DNA of 64,000 nt from Minisyncoccota bacterium (GCA_036405895.1 DASWWS010000002.1:20903-84902), one strand, 5' to 3'; counted from the stretch's first letter, positions 9,000 through 21,400 are shown. Numbers and translations: made by a program. Notes: generated from the sequence alone by a model not told the origin.

Positions 9000-10241
9000 T
9001 TATCGCCACTTTGGCTGACTAGAAGTAATACTATTCCACACGGCGCGCATCAGCCAAAACGGCGCAATGACGCTATAGATAAGCATAAAGGAAATAATGT
9101 GCCATGAGAGCTTTTGCTTTGCGATGCGTGAGCCGACAATCATAGAAATAAGTACGAGTGAGTAGAGCACGATGGTTACCATTCCCAATGCCTTGGTGTT
9201 GATATAGAGCCAGTCAAACTCAAACCGCGGAAGCGTGTTCGTAAAGCCGACAATGCTCCATCGCGTCACTGTTTCGGCAATGTATACGATAACATTGTAT
9301 GTTGCAGCAGCAAAAAGGTAGACGGTCGCAGTAATAGAGATTACGCCGGCCGGCACCGTAAAGAGAGAAAAGTTTCCGTACTTTGGGTTAAGGATAAGCC
9401 GGCGGTAGTCGATCGTATTTTGAATAAAGCCGTAGATCCAGCGCAATCGCTGAGTATAGAGCTTTTTCACGGTGTCGGGAGTGACAGTGTACACATACGC
9501 TGTCGGGCAGTGCTCGATTTTCATATGGTTTTCCTGCATGCGATACGCAATCTCCTGGTCTTCGGTGCCGTGCGCTTTTTTAAACTTTCCGATGCGCTCA
9601 AACACTTCGCGGCGAAATACTGAAAACGGCCCCGGCGTTACGTGGATAGCATTCATGAATGCCTGCATTTTTTTCAGGTACACGCTCATGTTGTACTCCA
9701 CCTTCTGCGCCCACTGCAAAATATTTTTCGGGCCGTGCACAATCAATGTTGGCGCCACTGCCATCACGTCGGGGCGGTTGTTGAAAATGCGCACCATATC
9801 AGTGAGTGCGTGAGGCGCGACAAATGAGTCCGCATCCAAACAACCAATAAGGTCCGTCGTTGCCTTATCAATGCCAAAATTCACTGCAACATGCTTCCCG
9901 CCGTTTTCCGTATGGTACAGAGAAATTTGCGGATGCCCCTGATATTTCTGCATCTCTTCCCACGTGTTGTCGGTCGAGCCGTCGTCGATGATGGTGATGA
10001 AAAGTTTTTCTTTCGGATAATCGAGCGCAAGCAAACTCTCAACAGTGCCGTGCACTGTTTTTGATTCGTTCCAGCACGGCATGATGATTGTCACGCTTGG
10101 AAAATGCGTAATAGGCAGGCGCTTGTCGCTGGTCTGTTCGCGAAGGTCCTTGCGGCGCTCAAAAAACGTAATAAGGATGAATACTTGGACATATACCGCC
10201 AAAAACGTAATGGTATACGTAGCAATCGAGGTGATCGACAT
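9000..10241 (-). CDS. Processive family 2 glycosyltransferase (PgaC/IcaA/cellulose synthase-like)
   Basis: DDGSTD, GGK, DAD, TED, QRLRW motifs; TM helices. Confidence 0.9.
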   Translation of the reverse strand: MSITSIATYTITFLAVYVQVFILITFFERRKDLREQTSDKRLPITHFPSVTIIMPCWNESKTVHGTVESLLALDYPKEKLFITIIDDGSTDNTWEEMQKYQGHPQISLYHTENGGKHVAVNFGIDKATTDLIGCLDADSFVAPHALTDMVRIFNNRPDVMAVAPTLIVHGPKNILQWAQKVEYNMSVYLKKMQAFMNAIHVTPGPFSVFRREVFERIGKFKKAHGTEDQEIAYRMQENHMKIEHCPTAYVYTVTPDTVKKLYTQRLRWIYGFIQNTIDYRRLILNPKYGNFSLFTVPAGVISITATVYLFAAATYNVIVYIAETVTRWSIVGFTNTLPRFEFDWLYINTKALGMVTIVLYSLVLISMIVGSRIAKQKLSWHIISFMLIYSVIAPFWLMRAVWNSITSSQPKWR

Positions 10242-10320
10242 AGTGGGGTAACTATAGCAAAAATAGGCTTATTTTTCAATTCCTTACGTAGATGAAGGAA
10301 TGTGCGATATACTTGTGTAC

Positions 10321-11073
10321 ATGGAACCACAAAACGAAACACCACAAACAAACAACCCTGAAACAGTATCAAAAAAACCTACATTATCGCTTCCAGCGGC
10401 AGTATTGACCGGTTTTGCACTCATTGCTCTTGCAATCCTTCTCACTGTCCCTGGCCTGAAAAAAGCTGCAGAAGCTCCGGCACCTGCAGCGGGCACCCCT
10501 TCAGAAATGCCTACAAGCATTCCCGCTGAACTTGCAAAAATTCAAGCGGACGACCATGTACAAGGTGACCGTAATGCCGCCGTCATCGTGATCGAATACT
10601 CCGACACAGACTGCCCGTTTTGCGCAAAATTCCACCCTACGCTTAAAAGCGTAGTTGCGGACTATCAGGGAAAAGTTGCATGGGTATACCGCCACTTCCC
10701 GCTCGATATGCACCCGAATGCATACACCGAAGCAATCGCGCTTGAGTGCGCGGCAAAGCTTGGCGGCAATGGCGCGTTTTGGGGGTATCTCGATGAAGTT
10801 GTAGATATCACTCTTGAACCTGACCCAGCAAGCAACAACAAGCTCACTGCAATCGCAACCGATATGGGCATCAATGCAGAGGCGTTCAAGCGATGCTTCG
10901 GCTCTCCTGACGTTATTGCAAGTGTTGACGCAAACATTGCGGAGGCAGGACAAATCGGCGCTCGCGGTACGCCATTCTCTATCGCTGTTAACCAAAAGAC
11001 TGGCAAGCAAGTCATCATCCCGGGCGCATACCCACTTGAGGAGGTAAAGAAAATGATCGACAGCATTCTCTAA
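10321..11073 (+). CDS. DsbA-family thiol-disulfide oxidoreductase
   Basis: EYSDTDCPFC, YRHFPL, GTP cis-Pro loop; start moved to ATG 10321. Confidence 0.92.
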   Translation: MEPQNETPQTNNPETVSKKPTLSLPAAVLTGFALIALAILLTVPGLKKAAEAPAPAAGTPSEMPTSIPAELAKIQADDHVQGDRNAAVIVIEYSDTDCPFCAKFHPTLKSVVADYQGKVAWVYRHFPLDMHPNAYTEAIALECAAKLGGNGAFWGYLDEVVDITLEPDPASNNKLTAIATDMGINAEAFKRCFGSPDVIASVDANIAEAGQIGARGTPFSIAVNQKTGKQVIIPGAYPLEEVKKMIDSIL

Positions 11074-11390
11074 GAATACTGAGTGAAAATAAAAAAAACC
11101 CCGGTCAGATTGACCGGGGTTTTCATTTGCTGAAATTCATCAGGAGTTTTTTCTCTGCGAACAGTGGTAACCATTGCAAACCACAATAGCGCGAGGGCAA
11201 TGGCTGTCAGGCGCACCGTGATAGATGCGCGCCTTATCCACATTCCCAATAGGGCTGCGTACATATGAGCCGAGAGCGCACACAATACAATAAGGCAGCT
11301 AATAAGAGGGTTTTCAGGAATGTCTGCGCAAATAATCAAGACAAATCCGAGCGCTAAAAAGCGATAGAAACGTTCAACAAGTATTTCCAT
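11070..11390 (-). CDS. Hypothetical small membrane protein (orphan)
   Basis: Three hydrophobic segments; TTGACT-16-TAGAGT promoter upstream; 3' end reads through the dsbA terminator. Confidence 0.45.
   Translation of the reverse strand: MEILVERFYRFLALGFVLIICADIPENPLISCLIVLCALSAHMYAALLGMWIRRASITVRLTAIALALLWFAMVTTVRREKTPDEFQQMKTPVNLTGVFFIFTQYS
11095..11123. terminator. Bidirectional intrinsic terminator
   Basis: AAAACCCCGGTCA-GAT-TGACCGGGGTTTT. Confidence 0.8.
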
Positions 11391-11437
11391 AAGAGGGGCG
11401 ATTTCACAGCACTCTACTCTTCTGCGGATAAAAGTCA

Positions 11438-11471
11438 ATACAAAAAGCCCCGAGCTCGGGGCTTTTTGTAT
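11438..11471. terminator. Terminator downstream of rpoD (perfect 34-bp palindrome)
   Basis: ATACAAAAAGCCCCGAG|CTCGGGGCTTTTTGTAT. Confidence 0.8.
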
Positions 11472-11477
11472 CCTCAC

Positions 11478-11612
11478 TAAGCGAGAGAAAAATAAGTATA
11501 GTCCTTGAGAACGGTCTAACGCAGGCTGACTGAGCCGAGTTGGAGCAAAATTTCAGCAGAAATTTATGCGTGCCGTTCGAGAGGAGCTATACTTATTTTT
11601 CTTGAGCGCTTA
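11478..11612. repeat. Long branched hairpin element (family 2); MITE-like or structured RNA
   Basis: 11486-11501 pairs perfectly with 11587-11602; inner stems GAACGG/CCGTTC, ACGCA/TGCGT, GGCT/AGCC, AAATTTC/GAAATTT. Confidence 0.7.
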
Positions 11613-12992
11613 ATCGAAGTAATTGCGCAGTCGCTGAATGCGGTCGTTCTGGCGAAGCTTTTCGTGCACTTTTGCTTCGATCTGTCGGATGCGTTCGCGA
11701 GTAACACCAAATTCCTTCCCTACCTCTTCCAGCGTGTGCTGCACGCCATCGGTCAATCCGTAGCGCATCTCAAGAATTCTTTTCTCCTTTGGAGAGAGGT
11801 CTTCGAGGACTGCACGAATCGCATCGGTAAGCATGCGGCGAGAGGCTTCCTGGTCGGGGCGAAGGATTTTGTCGTCGGCAATAAATTCACCAAACGTACT
11901 CTTGTCTTCGTCGTCGCCAATCGGCTGCTCAAGCGAGCGGGTTTCTTGGTTGATCTGTTCGATAACATGCACCTTTTCAACTTCGATTCCCATTTCCATT
12001 GCCACTTCTTCAGGCATTGGGTCGCGTCCAAGGTCCTGTGCCAAACGGCGAAGGACTTGCTTGTACTTTGAAATGGTTTCCACCATGTGCACAGGAATAC
12101 GAATAGTGCGAGACTGGTCGGCAAGTGCGCGCGTAATAGACTGGCGAATCCACCATGTCGCATACGTTGAGAACTTGAATCCCTTAGTGTGGTCGAATTT
12201 CTCCACGGCCTTAAAGAGCCCAATGTTCCCTTCTTGAATCAGGTCCAAAAGAGTAAGGTCAGCAGTACGGTTTGCATACTTCTTTGCAATACTTACTACG
12301 AGTCGGAGGTTGGAACGTGCAAGAAGATTCTTTGCTTCGCCGTCGCCCGCTGCAATACGCTTTGCGAGCTCTTTCTCTTGTGCCGCATTAATCAGTGGGT
12401 ACTGCCCGATATCTTTGAGATACATCTGGACCGAGCTAAAGCTGTGCGAATCCTTTGCGTACTTTGAAAGGTCTTCGGTAGCGTCAACGTCAAGAAGGTT
12501 TCCGCCTTCCAATACGTCGATGCCTGCGCCGGAGAACTTTTCATACAATTCATCCAAAAATGAAATATTGTTTTCAATATCGGGGAATGTCTTTAAAATT
12601 TCGTCGTACGTGATAAAGCCACGCTTCTTCCCTTTCTGAATCAGCTCATCGCTCTTTACTTCCAATTCCTTCAATTTCTTTTCAGTATTGGTTTCTCGGC
12701 GAGGAGTGCTTCCTGGGTGGCGAATAGTAATTGGCCGCGGCTTTGCGCGTTCTGCTGTTGATTCTGTTTTCTTCACTACTGCTTTGGCAGGAGCTGCTTT
12801 CTTTACGACTTTCTTTGGTGCAACTGTTGCAGGTTTCTTTACTGCTTTCTTTGCGGGTGCCTTGGAGGGGACTTTCTTGACTGGTGCAGCTTTTTTTACT
12901 GCTACCTTCTTTTTTGCTGGCGCCGGAGCGCTTTTTTTGAGTGCCTTCTTTGGTTGTACTTTTGCCTTTGGGGCTGGTTTCTTATTTGGCAT
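11610..12992 (-). CDS. rpoD: Primary sigma factor with K/A/P-rich N-terminal extension
   Basis: [40 protein letters not shown]...TRERIRQIE. Confidence 0.97.
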   Translation of the reverse strand: MPNKKPAPKAKVQPKKALKKSAPAPAKKKVAVKKAAPVKKVPSKAPAKKAVKKPATVAPKKVVKKAAPAKAVVKKTESTAERAKPRPITIRHPGSTPRRETNTEKKLKELEVKSDELIQKGKKRGFITYDEILKTFPDIENNISFLDELYEKFSGAGIDVLEGGNLLDVDATEDLSKYAKDSHSFSSVQMYLKDIGQYPLINAAQEKELAKRIAAGDGEAKNLLARSNLRLVVSIAKKYANRTADLTLLDLIQEGNIGLFKAVEKFDHTKGFKFSTYATWWIRQSITRALADQSRTIRIPVHMVETISKYKQVLRRLAQDLGRDPMPEEVAMEMGIEVEKVHVIEQINQETRSLEQPIGDDEDKSTFGEFIADDKILRPDQEASRRMLTDAIRAVLEDLSPKEKRILEMRYGLTDGVQHTLEEVGKEFGVTRERIRQIEAKVHEKLRQNDRIQRLRNYFD

Positions 12993-13041
12993 AAAATGAG
13001 TGCATAGCTATCATCAGGGAAATGGGGGTAAAAGTCAACTC

Positions 13042-14754
13042 TTACCCTCCCTGACGACGCTGGTTAATGGTTTGCAGCAGTGCGAGATATTTCAGTTCTG
13101 TTTCTTCATCCCCTGCTTGCTTGGCGGCTGCCATGTTCATCGAATAGTTGAATTTAAGCTCAGCGAGAAACTGCATAATGATTGTCTCGACAAGTTCTCT
13201 CGCAACCGCTGCTCGGTCTTCGGTTGAAAACGATTGGTACTGGCTTTCGATAAGGGCGAGAATACTGTCGCGGTTTTCGATAAGCGGCGGCACCGTAATC
13301 ACGCTTTCGTTAAAGACGAACGACTCGAGGGCTTTTTTACTTTCACTTGTTTCGGCGGGGTACAGCTCGCACAGTGCGGCAAAGCGCTCAAGGTGTGTTG
13401 CTGATACAGCCCGCGCAGTTGGTGCCGGAGCATTGGGGTGAACAGTGGCTTGCTCACGCACAAATGCATTGTAGTCTTCGTGCACCACGCTCACACCCAG
13501 GCTGCTTTCGCGTGCAATTGAGTCGAGGTAGCTTTGGCGCTCGATTGCCGAAGAGACCCGCAACAAAAATGGAAAGAGCTTTTCGCGAATCAAGAGCTTC
13601 AGCCCATGTGCAGTTGGTGAAGATGCTTGTATTGCATGAAGCGTGTGCAGTATGTAGTGCTCGCTTTCTTTCAAGCGCTCTTTCCATGCGTCTGCGCCCT
13701 CTTTGAGAATATAGTCGGCCGGGTCAACGCCTTGTGGAAGTGCGACCACCTTTGGGTTCATTCCTAATGTTAGGGCCACCAGCGCCGCTCGCGCAAGCGC
13801 TTTCTCCCCTGCCTGGTCTCCGTCAAATGCCAAAAACAAGTTGGGCGTGAGGCGTGAAAGAACGACAAGCTGTGCTCCCATATCGGTTGCAGACTGCTCG
13901 GATACTGCCGTACCGCTCGTTGCAACAGTGTTCTTGAATCCTGCTTGATGAGAGAGCACTAAGTCCATCTGCCCTTCTACCATGATGGCAAAATTGTGCT
14001 TGCGAATAGCCTGCTTTGCCTTGTCGAATCCGAACAATATGCGCGACTTTTGAAACACTTCCGTTTCTGGAGAGTTCAAATATTTGGGCCCCTCCGCCGC
14101 TGTTGAACCTTCTGGCGGAAAAATGCGGCCGGAAAATCCGACGATGCGCCCGCTTGAGTCCGAAAGCGGAAACATAATCCGCCCGCGAAAACGGTCGTAG
14201 TATCCCTTCTCTGTTTTTTTGGAAAGCCCAGCGCGCTCAAGGATTTGCCCGTCGCCGATCGATGCAGTGCCGCTTAAGTACCGCCACTCATTCGGCGCGT
14301 AGCCAATGCGGAATGCCGAAATAGTTTCTTCAGTGATGCCTCGAGCTTTGAGGTATTCGAGCGCTTCTGTGTTTTTAAGAAGCTCGCTTTCGTAGCGCAC
14401 GGACGCGTCATCAAGCGACTTGTAGATGCGGTCGGTCTCATCCACTTCGTCCGCCGTTTTAGAGGTGTATGCAGAAAGCACTATACCCGCCCTGTCGGCG
14501 AGTATTTTGAGTGCCCCTTTGAAGTCTACTCCTTCGAACTCTTGCACAAAGTTGACGATGTCTCCTTTTGCGCTGCATCCAAAGCAGTAGTATAGCCCTC
14601 GCTCCGGCGAGATTGAAAACGATGCGGTCTTTTCATTATGAAACGGACACTTCGCTTTAAATTGTGCTCCTGCCGGAATAAGTGTGATATAGGACGCGAG
14701 AACTTCTGCAATAGGCAACCGACTTTTTATTTGTTCGATCACCGAGTTGTTCAT
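13042..14754 (-). CDS. dnaG: DNA primase
   Basis: CPFHNEKT...CFGC zinc finger, DRFRGRIMFP, KYLNSPET, VEGQMD, FDGDQAG. Confidence 0.97.
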   Translation of the reverse strand: MNNSVIEQIKSRLPIAEVLASYITLIPAGAQFKAKCPFHNEKTASFSISPERGLYYCFGCSAKGDIVNFVQEFEGVDFKGALKILADRAGIVLSAYTSKTADEVDETDRIYKSLDDASVRYESELLKNTEALEYLKARGITEETISAFRIGYAPNEWRYLSGTASIGDGQILERAGLSKKTEKGYYDRFRGRIMFPLSDSSGRIVGFSGRIFPPEGSTAAEGPKYLNSPETEVFQKSRILFGFDKAKQAIRKHNFAIMVEGQMDLVLSHQAGFKNTVATSGTAVSEQSATDMGAQLVVLSRLTPNLFLAFDGDQAGEKALARAALVALTLGMNPKVVALPQGVDPADYILKEGADAWKERLKESEHYILHTLHAIQASSPTAHGLKLLIREKLFPFLLRVSSAIERQSYLDSIARESSLGVSVVHEDYNAFVREQATVHPNAPAPTARAVSATHLERFAALCELYPAETSESKKALESFVFNESVITVPPLIENRDSILALIESQYQSFSTEDRAAVARELVETIIMQFLAELKFNYSMNMAAAKQAGDEETELKYLALLQTINQRRQGG

Positions 14755-14760
14755 TGCGCT

Positions 14761-17700
14761 TTATTCTTCGATTGGCTTGTTATTGTTGATGTTGAGCGCA
14801 CTTCGGTTTGCACGGAAGCCGGTACCAGCTGGAATCAATCGTCCAACGGTCACGTTTTCTTTGAGTCCTCGAAGCGTATCCACTCCGCCCTTCACTGCGT
14901 TTGCGATCAATACGCGGTTGGTGTTTTGGAATGAAGCAGCTGAGATCCATGACTTTGCGTGAAGCGCAGTCTGCGTGATACCAAGGATGATAAGGTCACC
15001 CTTTGCTTCGCGAGCATCTGCTCCGCGCATGCGGTTGTTCTCTTCCATGAGTTCAGTCATTTCAACTGTTTCTCCTGGAGAGAATGATGAGTCTCCTGCT
15101 TCCTTAATCTTTCGGCGTGAGAACATTTGGCGCACGATGATTTCCAAGTGCTTGCGGGCAATAGATGCACCTTGGAGTTCGTACACCTTGTTGATTTCGC
15201 GGATGATGTAGTCTTCTGCCACGTCACGTCCAGCAAAGTCGTAGATATCGTCGATGTTTGCAGATCCGTCGGTAAGGAGTTCTCCCTTCACAACGTCCTG
15301 TCCAACTTTGACGATAGCGACACGGCGAGCTGACACAGTGTAGTCAACAGAATCCTTCTTCGCATCCCCTGACTTATCAGAGAGAACGGTGATGATTTTT
15401 TCACTGCCGTTTTCTTTGATTTCGGAAACAGTACCGGAGTACTTGTTCACCGCAGCCGGGTTTTTGATTGTTCGGCATTCGAACACTTCTTCAACACGAG
15501 GGAGACCCTGCGTGATGTCGATACCCGCCACACCGCCGGCGTGGAAGGTTCGCAGCGTTAGCTGCGTACCTGGTTCACCAATCGCCTGCGCTGCAACAAT
15601 ACCGACTGATTCGCCGATAGCAACGAGGTGGTTGCGTCCAAGGTCAAGACCGTAACACTGGCGGCAAATACCGTAGATAGTCTTACACACGCTTGGTGTG
15701 CGAACCGCTACTGCTTCAACGCCCTTTGCTTCGATCAATGCAACATCGTCCTTTCCAAGCAAGTGTCCGCGCTTGAAGAGTGTTGTTCCGTCAGGAGCAA
15801 CAACTTCTTTTGCAACGATACGTCCGCGGATGCTTTTCGCAAGAGGGATTTCAAATCCTGAAAGGATTTCTTTTGTCATAGTCTTGGAAGCTTTCGTTCC
15901 GCAGTCTTCTTCGGTGATCACCACGTCCTGAGCCACGTCAACCAATCGGCGTGTGAGGTATCCGGCACGAGCGGTGTTGAGTGCCGTGTCGGCAAGACCC
16001 TTACGAGAACCGTGAGTGGTAATGAAGTATTCAAGTGGTGAGAGACCTTCCTTGTAAGAAGTGATAATCGGGAAGTCGATAGTGCGACCGGTAGTGTTCT
16101 GAATGAACCCTTTCATACCCACCATCTGAGACACCTGCGCCATAGAACCGCGGGCACCAGAGGTTACAAGGTCGCTTGCTGAGCCGTGCTTTTCGAGTGT
16201 TGCAGGAAGGAGCTTTTCAAGTTCGCTCTTTGCTTTGTTCCAAAGAGTGATTGTCTTTTCGTAGAGCTCTTCTTTTGAAAGAAGCCCTTCTTCGTACTGC
16301 ATTTTGATTTCGTCATCGAGCTTGCGGTACTGCGCTACGAGAGCCGGCTTTTCTTTTGGTGCAACGACGTTATCAATACCCCAGGTAGTACCAGAGCGCG
16401 TAGCGTATTTGTACCCGAAAGATTTGATGCGGTCGAGAATCGGTGCGACTTCAGTCACGCCGTACTTTGCAATCAATTCGTCCATGATAGACCCCATTTT
16501 CTTGGTAGTCATTTCTTCGTTGATGTAGCCAAAGTCAGCAGGCAAGATTGCATTGAACATGAGTCGTCCGATAGTTGTTTCAAACGGCTTGTTGTCAAAT
16601 GCTGCGTACTTTTTGTTTGCCGTTCCAAGCACGTTGATGCGCGCGCGGAATGACACAATGTCAAAGTCGCCCGCAGTGATTGCTTCGTTAGGGCTGCCGA
16701 AGTATTTCCCTTCGCCCTTTGCACCTTCTACCAATGAGGTTGCCCAGAAGCAGCCGAGCACGATGTCGAGCTTGTTTACCGCAACGATTGGGTCACCGTT
16801 TTGTGGCTTGAGGATGTTCTTGTCGGCTGCAATAAGAGTGCGCGCTTCTTCCTGAGCAGTGTCAGAAAGCGGAAGGTATACACCCATCTGGTCACCGTCG
16901 AAGTCGGCGTTGAAAGCCGGACACACGAGCGGGTGCACCTGAATAGCGTTGCCTTCGATCAATACCGGCATGAACGCCTGAATACCGAGTCGGTGAAGCG
17001 TTGGCGCACGGTTCAAAAGAACGTGTTTGCCCTTAATCACCTCTTCGAGGATTGCCCATACTTCCGGAATGCGCTCTTCAATGAGCTTGTTTGCTCCGCG
17101 GATGTTGTATGCGAGTTCGCGTTCAATCACTTTAGAGATAACAAACGGACGGAAGAGTTCAAGCGCCATATGCTTTGGAAGTCCGCACTGGTTGAGGCGA
17201 AGCGTTGGCCCCACGACAATAACAGATCGAGCAGAGTAGTCTACGCGCTTACCAAGCAAGTTCTGGCGGAAGAGACCCTGTTTTGATTTAAGGTTGTCTG
17301 AAAGAGATTTCAGTGCACGGCGCTGAGCAGATGCCATAGCCGGTGCGTCTGATCCTGCAATAGAGTTGTCGATGAGTGCATCAACCGCTTCTTGCAAGAT
17401 ACGCTTTTCATTTCGGAGGATCACATCAGGCGCGCCGATTTCCTTCAATTTCTTGAGACGGTTGTTTCGGTTGATTACGCGGCGGTACAGGTCGTTGATG
17501 TCAGAAGTCGCATGACGACCTCCTTCAAGCGCAACCATTGGGCGAATAGCCGGAGGAATAACAGGAATCGCTTCGAGGAACATCCATTCAGGGCGAATGT
17601 TTGCGTAAATCATAGAGCGGATAAGCGCGAGACGCTTGTGGAGCTTTTCGCGTTCAGCAGCACCTGCTTTTTCAAGAAGTTTTTCAGTTGCTTCCTTGAG

Positions 17701-18387
17701 TTTTGGAAGGTCGATATCTTTAAAGAGTGCAAAGATTGCTTCAGCTCCAATGCCCGCTTCAAAAGCAGAACCGTACTTGAGTGAGTAGTGGTGGTATGCA
17801 AGTTCAGTAAGCACCTTACCAACGCGAAGTTCGGCAATTTCTTTCTTTGTGTTTGTCAGAAGTGTGCGAAGCTTTTCGCGAGTCTCTTCATCAGCCGCGC
17901 CTTTGAGCTTGTTTTTGAATTCAGCATCAAGGTCGGTGATAATGCGAGCGCGTTCTTCTTCGTGCATTACAGTCACGATATATCCTGCAAAGTACACTAC
18001 CTTTTCAAGGTCAGAGAGCGATACTCCAAGAAGTGTGGACATACGGCTTGGTACTCCGCGCAAGAACCAGATGTGCGCAACCGGGCTTGCAAGCTCGATG
18101 TGGCCCATGCGGTCGCGGCGAACAATAGACTGCGTTACTTCAACGCCACACTTTTCGCAGATAATCCCTGCGTAGCGAATGCGCTTGTATTTTCCACAGT
18201 AACATTCGTAATCCTTTTCAGGTCCGAAGATGCGCTCATCAAAGAGCCCGCCTCGTTCGCTTCGTCCGGTACGGTAGTTGATAGTTTCAGGCTTGGTAAC
18301 TTCGCCGAAAGACCATTCGCGAATGCGCTCTGGGCTTGCGAGCTTGAGAGAGATTTGATCAAAATTTGTTGTGTCGAGTGTTTTCAT
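14761..18387 (-). CDS. rpoC: RNA polymerase beta' subunit
   Basis: [31 protein letters not shown]. Confidence 0.99.
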   Translation of the reverse strand: MKTLDTTNFDQISLKLASPERIREWSFGEVTKPETINYRTGRSERGGLFDERIFGPEKDYECYCGKYKRIRYAGIICEKCGVEVTQSIVRRDRMGHIELASPVAHIWFLRGVPSRMSTLLGVSLSDLEKVVYFAGYIVTVMHEEERARIITDLDAEFKNKLKGAADEETREKLRTLLTNTKKEIAELRVGKVLTELAYHHYSLKYGSAFEAGIGAEAIFALFKDIDLPKLKEATEKLLEKAGAAEREKLHKRLALIRSMIYANIRPEWMFLEAIPVIPPAIRPMVALEGGRHATSDINDLYRRVINRNNRLKKLKEIGAPDVILRNEKRILQEAVDALIDNSIAGSDAPAMASAQRRALKSLSDNLKSKQGLFRQNLLGKRVDYSARSVIVVGPTLRLNQCGLPKHMALELFRPFVISKVIERELAYNIRGANKLIEERIPEVWAILEEVIKGKHVLLNRAPTLHRLGIQAFMPVLIEGNAIQVHPLVCPAFNADFDGDQMGVYLPLSDTAQEEARTLIAADKNILKPQNGDPIVAVNKLDIVLGCFWATSLVEGAKGEGKYFGSPNEAITAGDFDIVSFRARINVLGTANKKYAAFDNKPFETTIGRLMFNAILPADFGYINEEMTTKKMGSIMDELIAKYGVTEVAPILDRIKSFGYKYATRSGTTWGIDNVVAPKEKPALVAQYRKLDDEIKMQYEEGLLSKEELYEKTITLWNKAKSELEKLLPATLEKHGSASDLVTSGARGSMAQVSQMVGMKGFIQNTTGRTIDFPIITSYKEGLSPLEYFITTHGSRKGLADTALNTARAGYLTRRLVDVAQDVVITEEDCGTKASKTMTKEILSGFEIPLAKSIRGRIVAKEVVAPDGTTLFKRGHLLGKDDVALIEAKGVEAVAVRTPSVCKTIYGICRQCYGLDLGRNHLVAIGESVGIVAAQAIGEPGTQLTLRTFHAGGVAGIDITQGLPRVEEVFECRTIKNPAAVNKYSGTVSEIKENGSEKIITVLSDKSGDAKKDSVDYTVSARRVAIVKVGQDVVKGELLTDGSANIDDIYDFAGRDVAEDYIIREINKVYELQGASIARKHLEIIVRQMFSRRKIKEAGDSSFSPGETVEMTELMEENNRMRGADAREAKGDLIILGITQTALHAKSWISAASFQNTNRVLIANAVKGGVDTLRGLKENVTVGRLIPAGTGFRANRSALNINNNKPIEE

Positions 18388-18406
18388 ATATGTGTGTGAG
18401 AGGATA

Positions 18407-21400
18407 TTACGCTTCTACTTCTTCGCTGTCTGCTTCGACTACGAGAGGTTTGCTTTGCACCAGTTCGACATCCAGTGACAATCCGCGGAGATAGTTCAAC
18501 ATCACAGAGAATGATGCAGGAACATTCGGTTCCCCGATCGGCTCGTTTTTGATAATAGAGTCGAATGTTGCGGCACGTCCGCGAATATCATCAGACTTGA
18601 TTGTGAGCATTTCGCGAAGGGTGTGCGATGCACCGTATCCTTCAAGCGCCCAGACCTCCATTTCACCAAAACGCTGACCTCCACCTTGTGCTTTACCACC
18701 AAGCGGCTGCTGCGTAATGAGAGAGTACGGCCCGATGGAACGCATGTGAATCTTGTCTTCCACCATGTGGTGAAGTTTCAAGATGTACATGTATCCGACA
18801 GCGATATCGCTTTCGAATTTGTCTCCTGTTCGTCCGTCAAAGAGTGGGATGCGTCCGTTCGATGGAAGTCCTGCTTTCACAAGTTCTTCCTTGATTTCAG
18901 CATCAGTTGCCCCCGCAAACGGAGGAACGATAGCCTGGTAGCCAAGCTCTGCAGCTGCCATACCCAAGTGAAGCTCAAGAATCTGTCCGAGGTTCATACG
19001 TGATGGCACACCAAGTGGTGTGAGTACTACGTCAACCGGTCGGCCGTCTGCCGTGTATGGCATGTCTTCTTCAGGAAGGATAACAGAGATAACACCCTTG
19101 TTACCGTGGCGACCCGCGAGCTTGTCACCCACTGAAATGTTTCGAAGCTGTGCAACTTCGATAACGATTTTTTTGATCACACCGCTTTCAAGCGTGTGTC
19201 CTTGGTCGCGTGAGAATACCTTAACGCGAATAATGCGTCCGCGCTTGCCGTGATCCATCTTCAAAGATGTGTCTTTCACGTCGCGCGCCTTTTCAGCAAA
19301 GATTGAGCGAAGGAGGCGCTCTTCAGGAGTAAGCTCAGTTTCACCCTTTGGAGTGATTTTACCCACCAAGATGTCGCCTTCCTTTACTTCAGCACCGACG
19401 CGGATAATACCGTCTTCGTCGAGGTCTTTAAGGCGTCCTTCACCAACGTTCGGGATATCGCGAGTAGTGATTTCGGGCCCAAGCTTTGTGTCGCGCACCA
19501 CTGAAACGAATTCAGCAATGTACATAGAGGTGAACTTTGAATCTTTCACGAGTCGCTCTGAAAGAATGATCGCGTCTTCGAAGTTTGCACCGTTCCATGA
19601 CATAAACGCTACCATCATGTTGTGTCCGAGTGAGATTTGTCCGCGGTCAGTAGTAGAAGTGTCGGCCAAGAGGTCGCCCTTCTTTACTTTCGCTCCAGGA
19701 GAAACAACCGGGCGCTGGTGGAATGCACCGAAGTTGTTGTTGCGCTGGAAAGAGACAAGGTTGTAAGTGTGGTCTTTGTTCTTTTCGTTTCGGATTACCA
19801 CTTTAGACGCGTCTACTGCAATCACTTCGCCCGCTTCTTCAGCGATAACGAGGCGGCCTGAGTACGGAGCAGCGCTTTCTTCAACACCGGTCGCAACAAA
19901 TGGTGCTTCTGGGCGGATAAGCGGCACTGCCTGCTTCTGCATGTTTGATCCCATCAATGCGCGGTTCGCATCGTTGTGTTCAAGAAACGGCACCATAGAA
20001 GTCGCAAGAGAGAATGCCTGGTTAGGCGCAACATCAATGAAGTTTACTTCTTTCTTTGCAACAATCCCTGGGCTTCGGTGAATGCGAGCTTCAACGCGCT
20101 CTTCAAGGTTGCCCTTGTCATCGTATTTGTTTCCAGCATGAGCAATGATGCACTTTTCTTCTTCAGCAGCATTGAGATATGCAATTTCTCCAGTGATCTT
20201 GCCGTCTTTCACGCGAACATACGGAGTTTCGATAATACCAAACTCGTTAACGCGAGCGTAGATAGCCAAGCGAAGGATCAAACCGATGTTCGGACCTTCA
20301 GGAGTGTGGATAGGACACACGCGGCCGTAGTGAGAAGGGTGCACGTCGCGCACTTCAAGCGTTGCGCGTTCTCGTGAGAGACCGCCGGGCCCAAGCGCCG
20401 AAAGAGTACGCAGCTCTTCAAGTTCTGAGAGCACGTTTTCCTGGAGCATGAACTGCGAGAGCTGGTTGGTCGTAAAGAATTCCTTGATACGAGCCTGAAG
20501 CGGGCGCTGGTTTACCACCTGGATAGGGAGCGCGTTTGCAGAGTCGATAGTACTCATGCGGTCCTGCACGTTTCGCTTGATCTGAGTAAGACCAACGAAG
20601 ATTTTCTGCTGGAGCATTTCGCCCACAAAGCGAACTCGGCGGGAAGCAAGGTCATCAATATCGTCAGCATGACTTCCTGGTGTGGTGTTCAATTTTACGA
20701 TGTGGTCGATGATGTGGCAGATGTCAGACGCTGAAAGGGTCTTTCTCTCCATTTCTTTTGCACTTGAATCAAGTTCAAAGCGGTTGTTGAATCGGAAGCG
20801 GCCCACAGAAGAAAGGTCGTAGCGCTCTTCAGAGAAGAGGTTGTTGACGAATTCTCGTGCGTTGTCTGCAGTTGCCAAGTCACCGTCGCGGAGCTTACGG
20901 TAGATTTCAACCAATGCTTCATCAGTTGTCTTTGCAGGATCTTTTTCCAAAGAGTGCTCGATCATTTTCAAAGACGCTTCGTTTTTGAAGTGCTTTTTGA
21001 TTTCAGCATCTTCGTTGAGGCCCATTGCGCGCAACAGTGAAGTGATCGGGAACTTTCGCTTCTTGTCGATACGCACGTACACGGTGCCGTCTGGGTCGCT
21101 TTCGATTTCAATCCATACGCCGCGGTTTGGGATGATTTTTGCACCGAAAAAGCGCTTGCCTTTTACTTCAAGCTCAGTGAAAAATACACCAGAAGAACGA
21201 GAGAGCTGCGGAATGATAGAACGTTCAACACCGTTGATGATGAATGTTCCGTGGCCGGTCATCACTGGGATGTCCGCCATAAAAATTTCCTGCTCCTTGT
21301 CGGTGCCGGTTTGTTTGTTGGTGAGGCGAACGCGAGCCTTCAGCTGTGTTTCAAGCGAGAGCTTGTTCTCCTTTGCATAGTGTTCGTCGAACTTTGGTTC

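Noticed and set aside
11478-11612. Calling this element 6S RNA, SRP RNA or an integron attC site
   Set aside because: No large central bubble, no SRP domain IV motif, no RYYYAAC/GTTRRRY ends and no integrase; kept as unclassified
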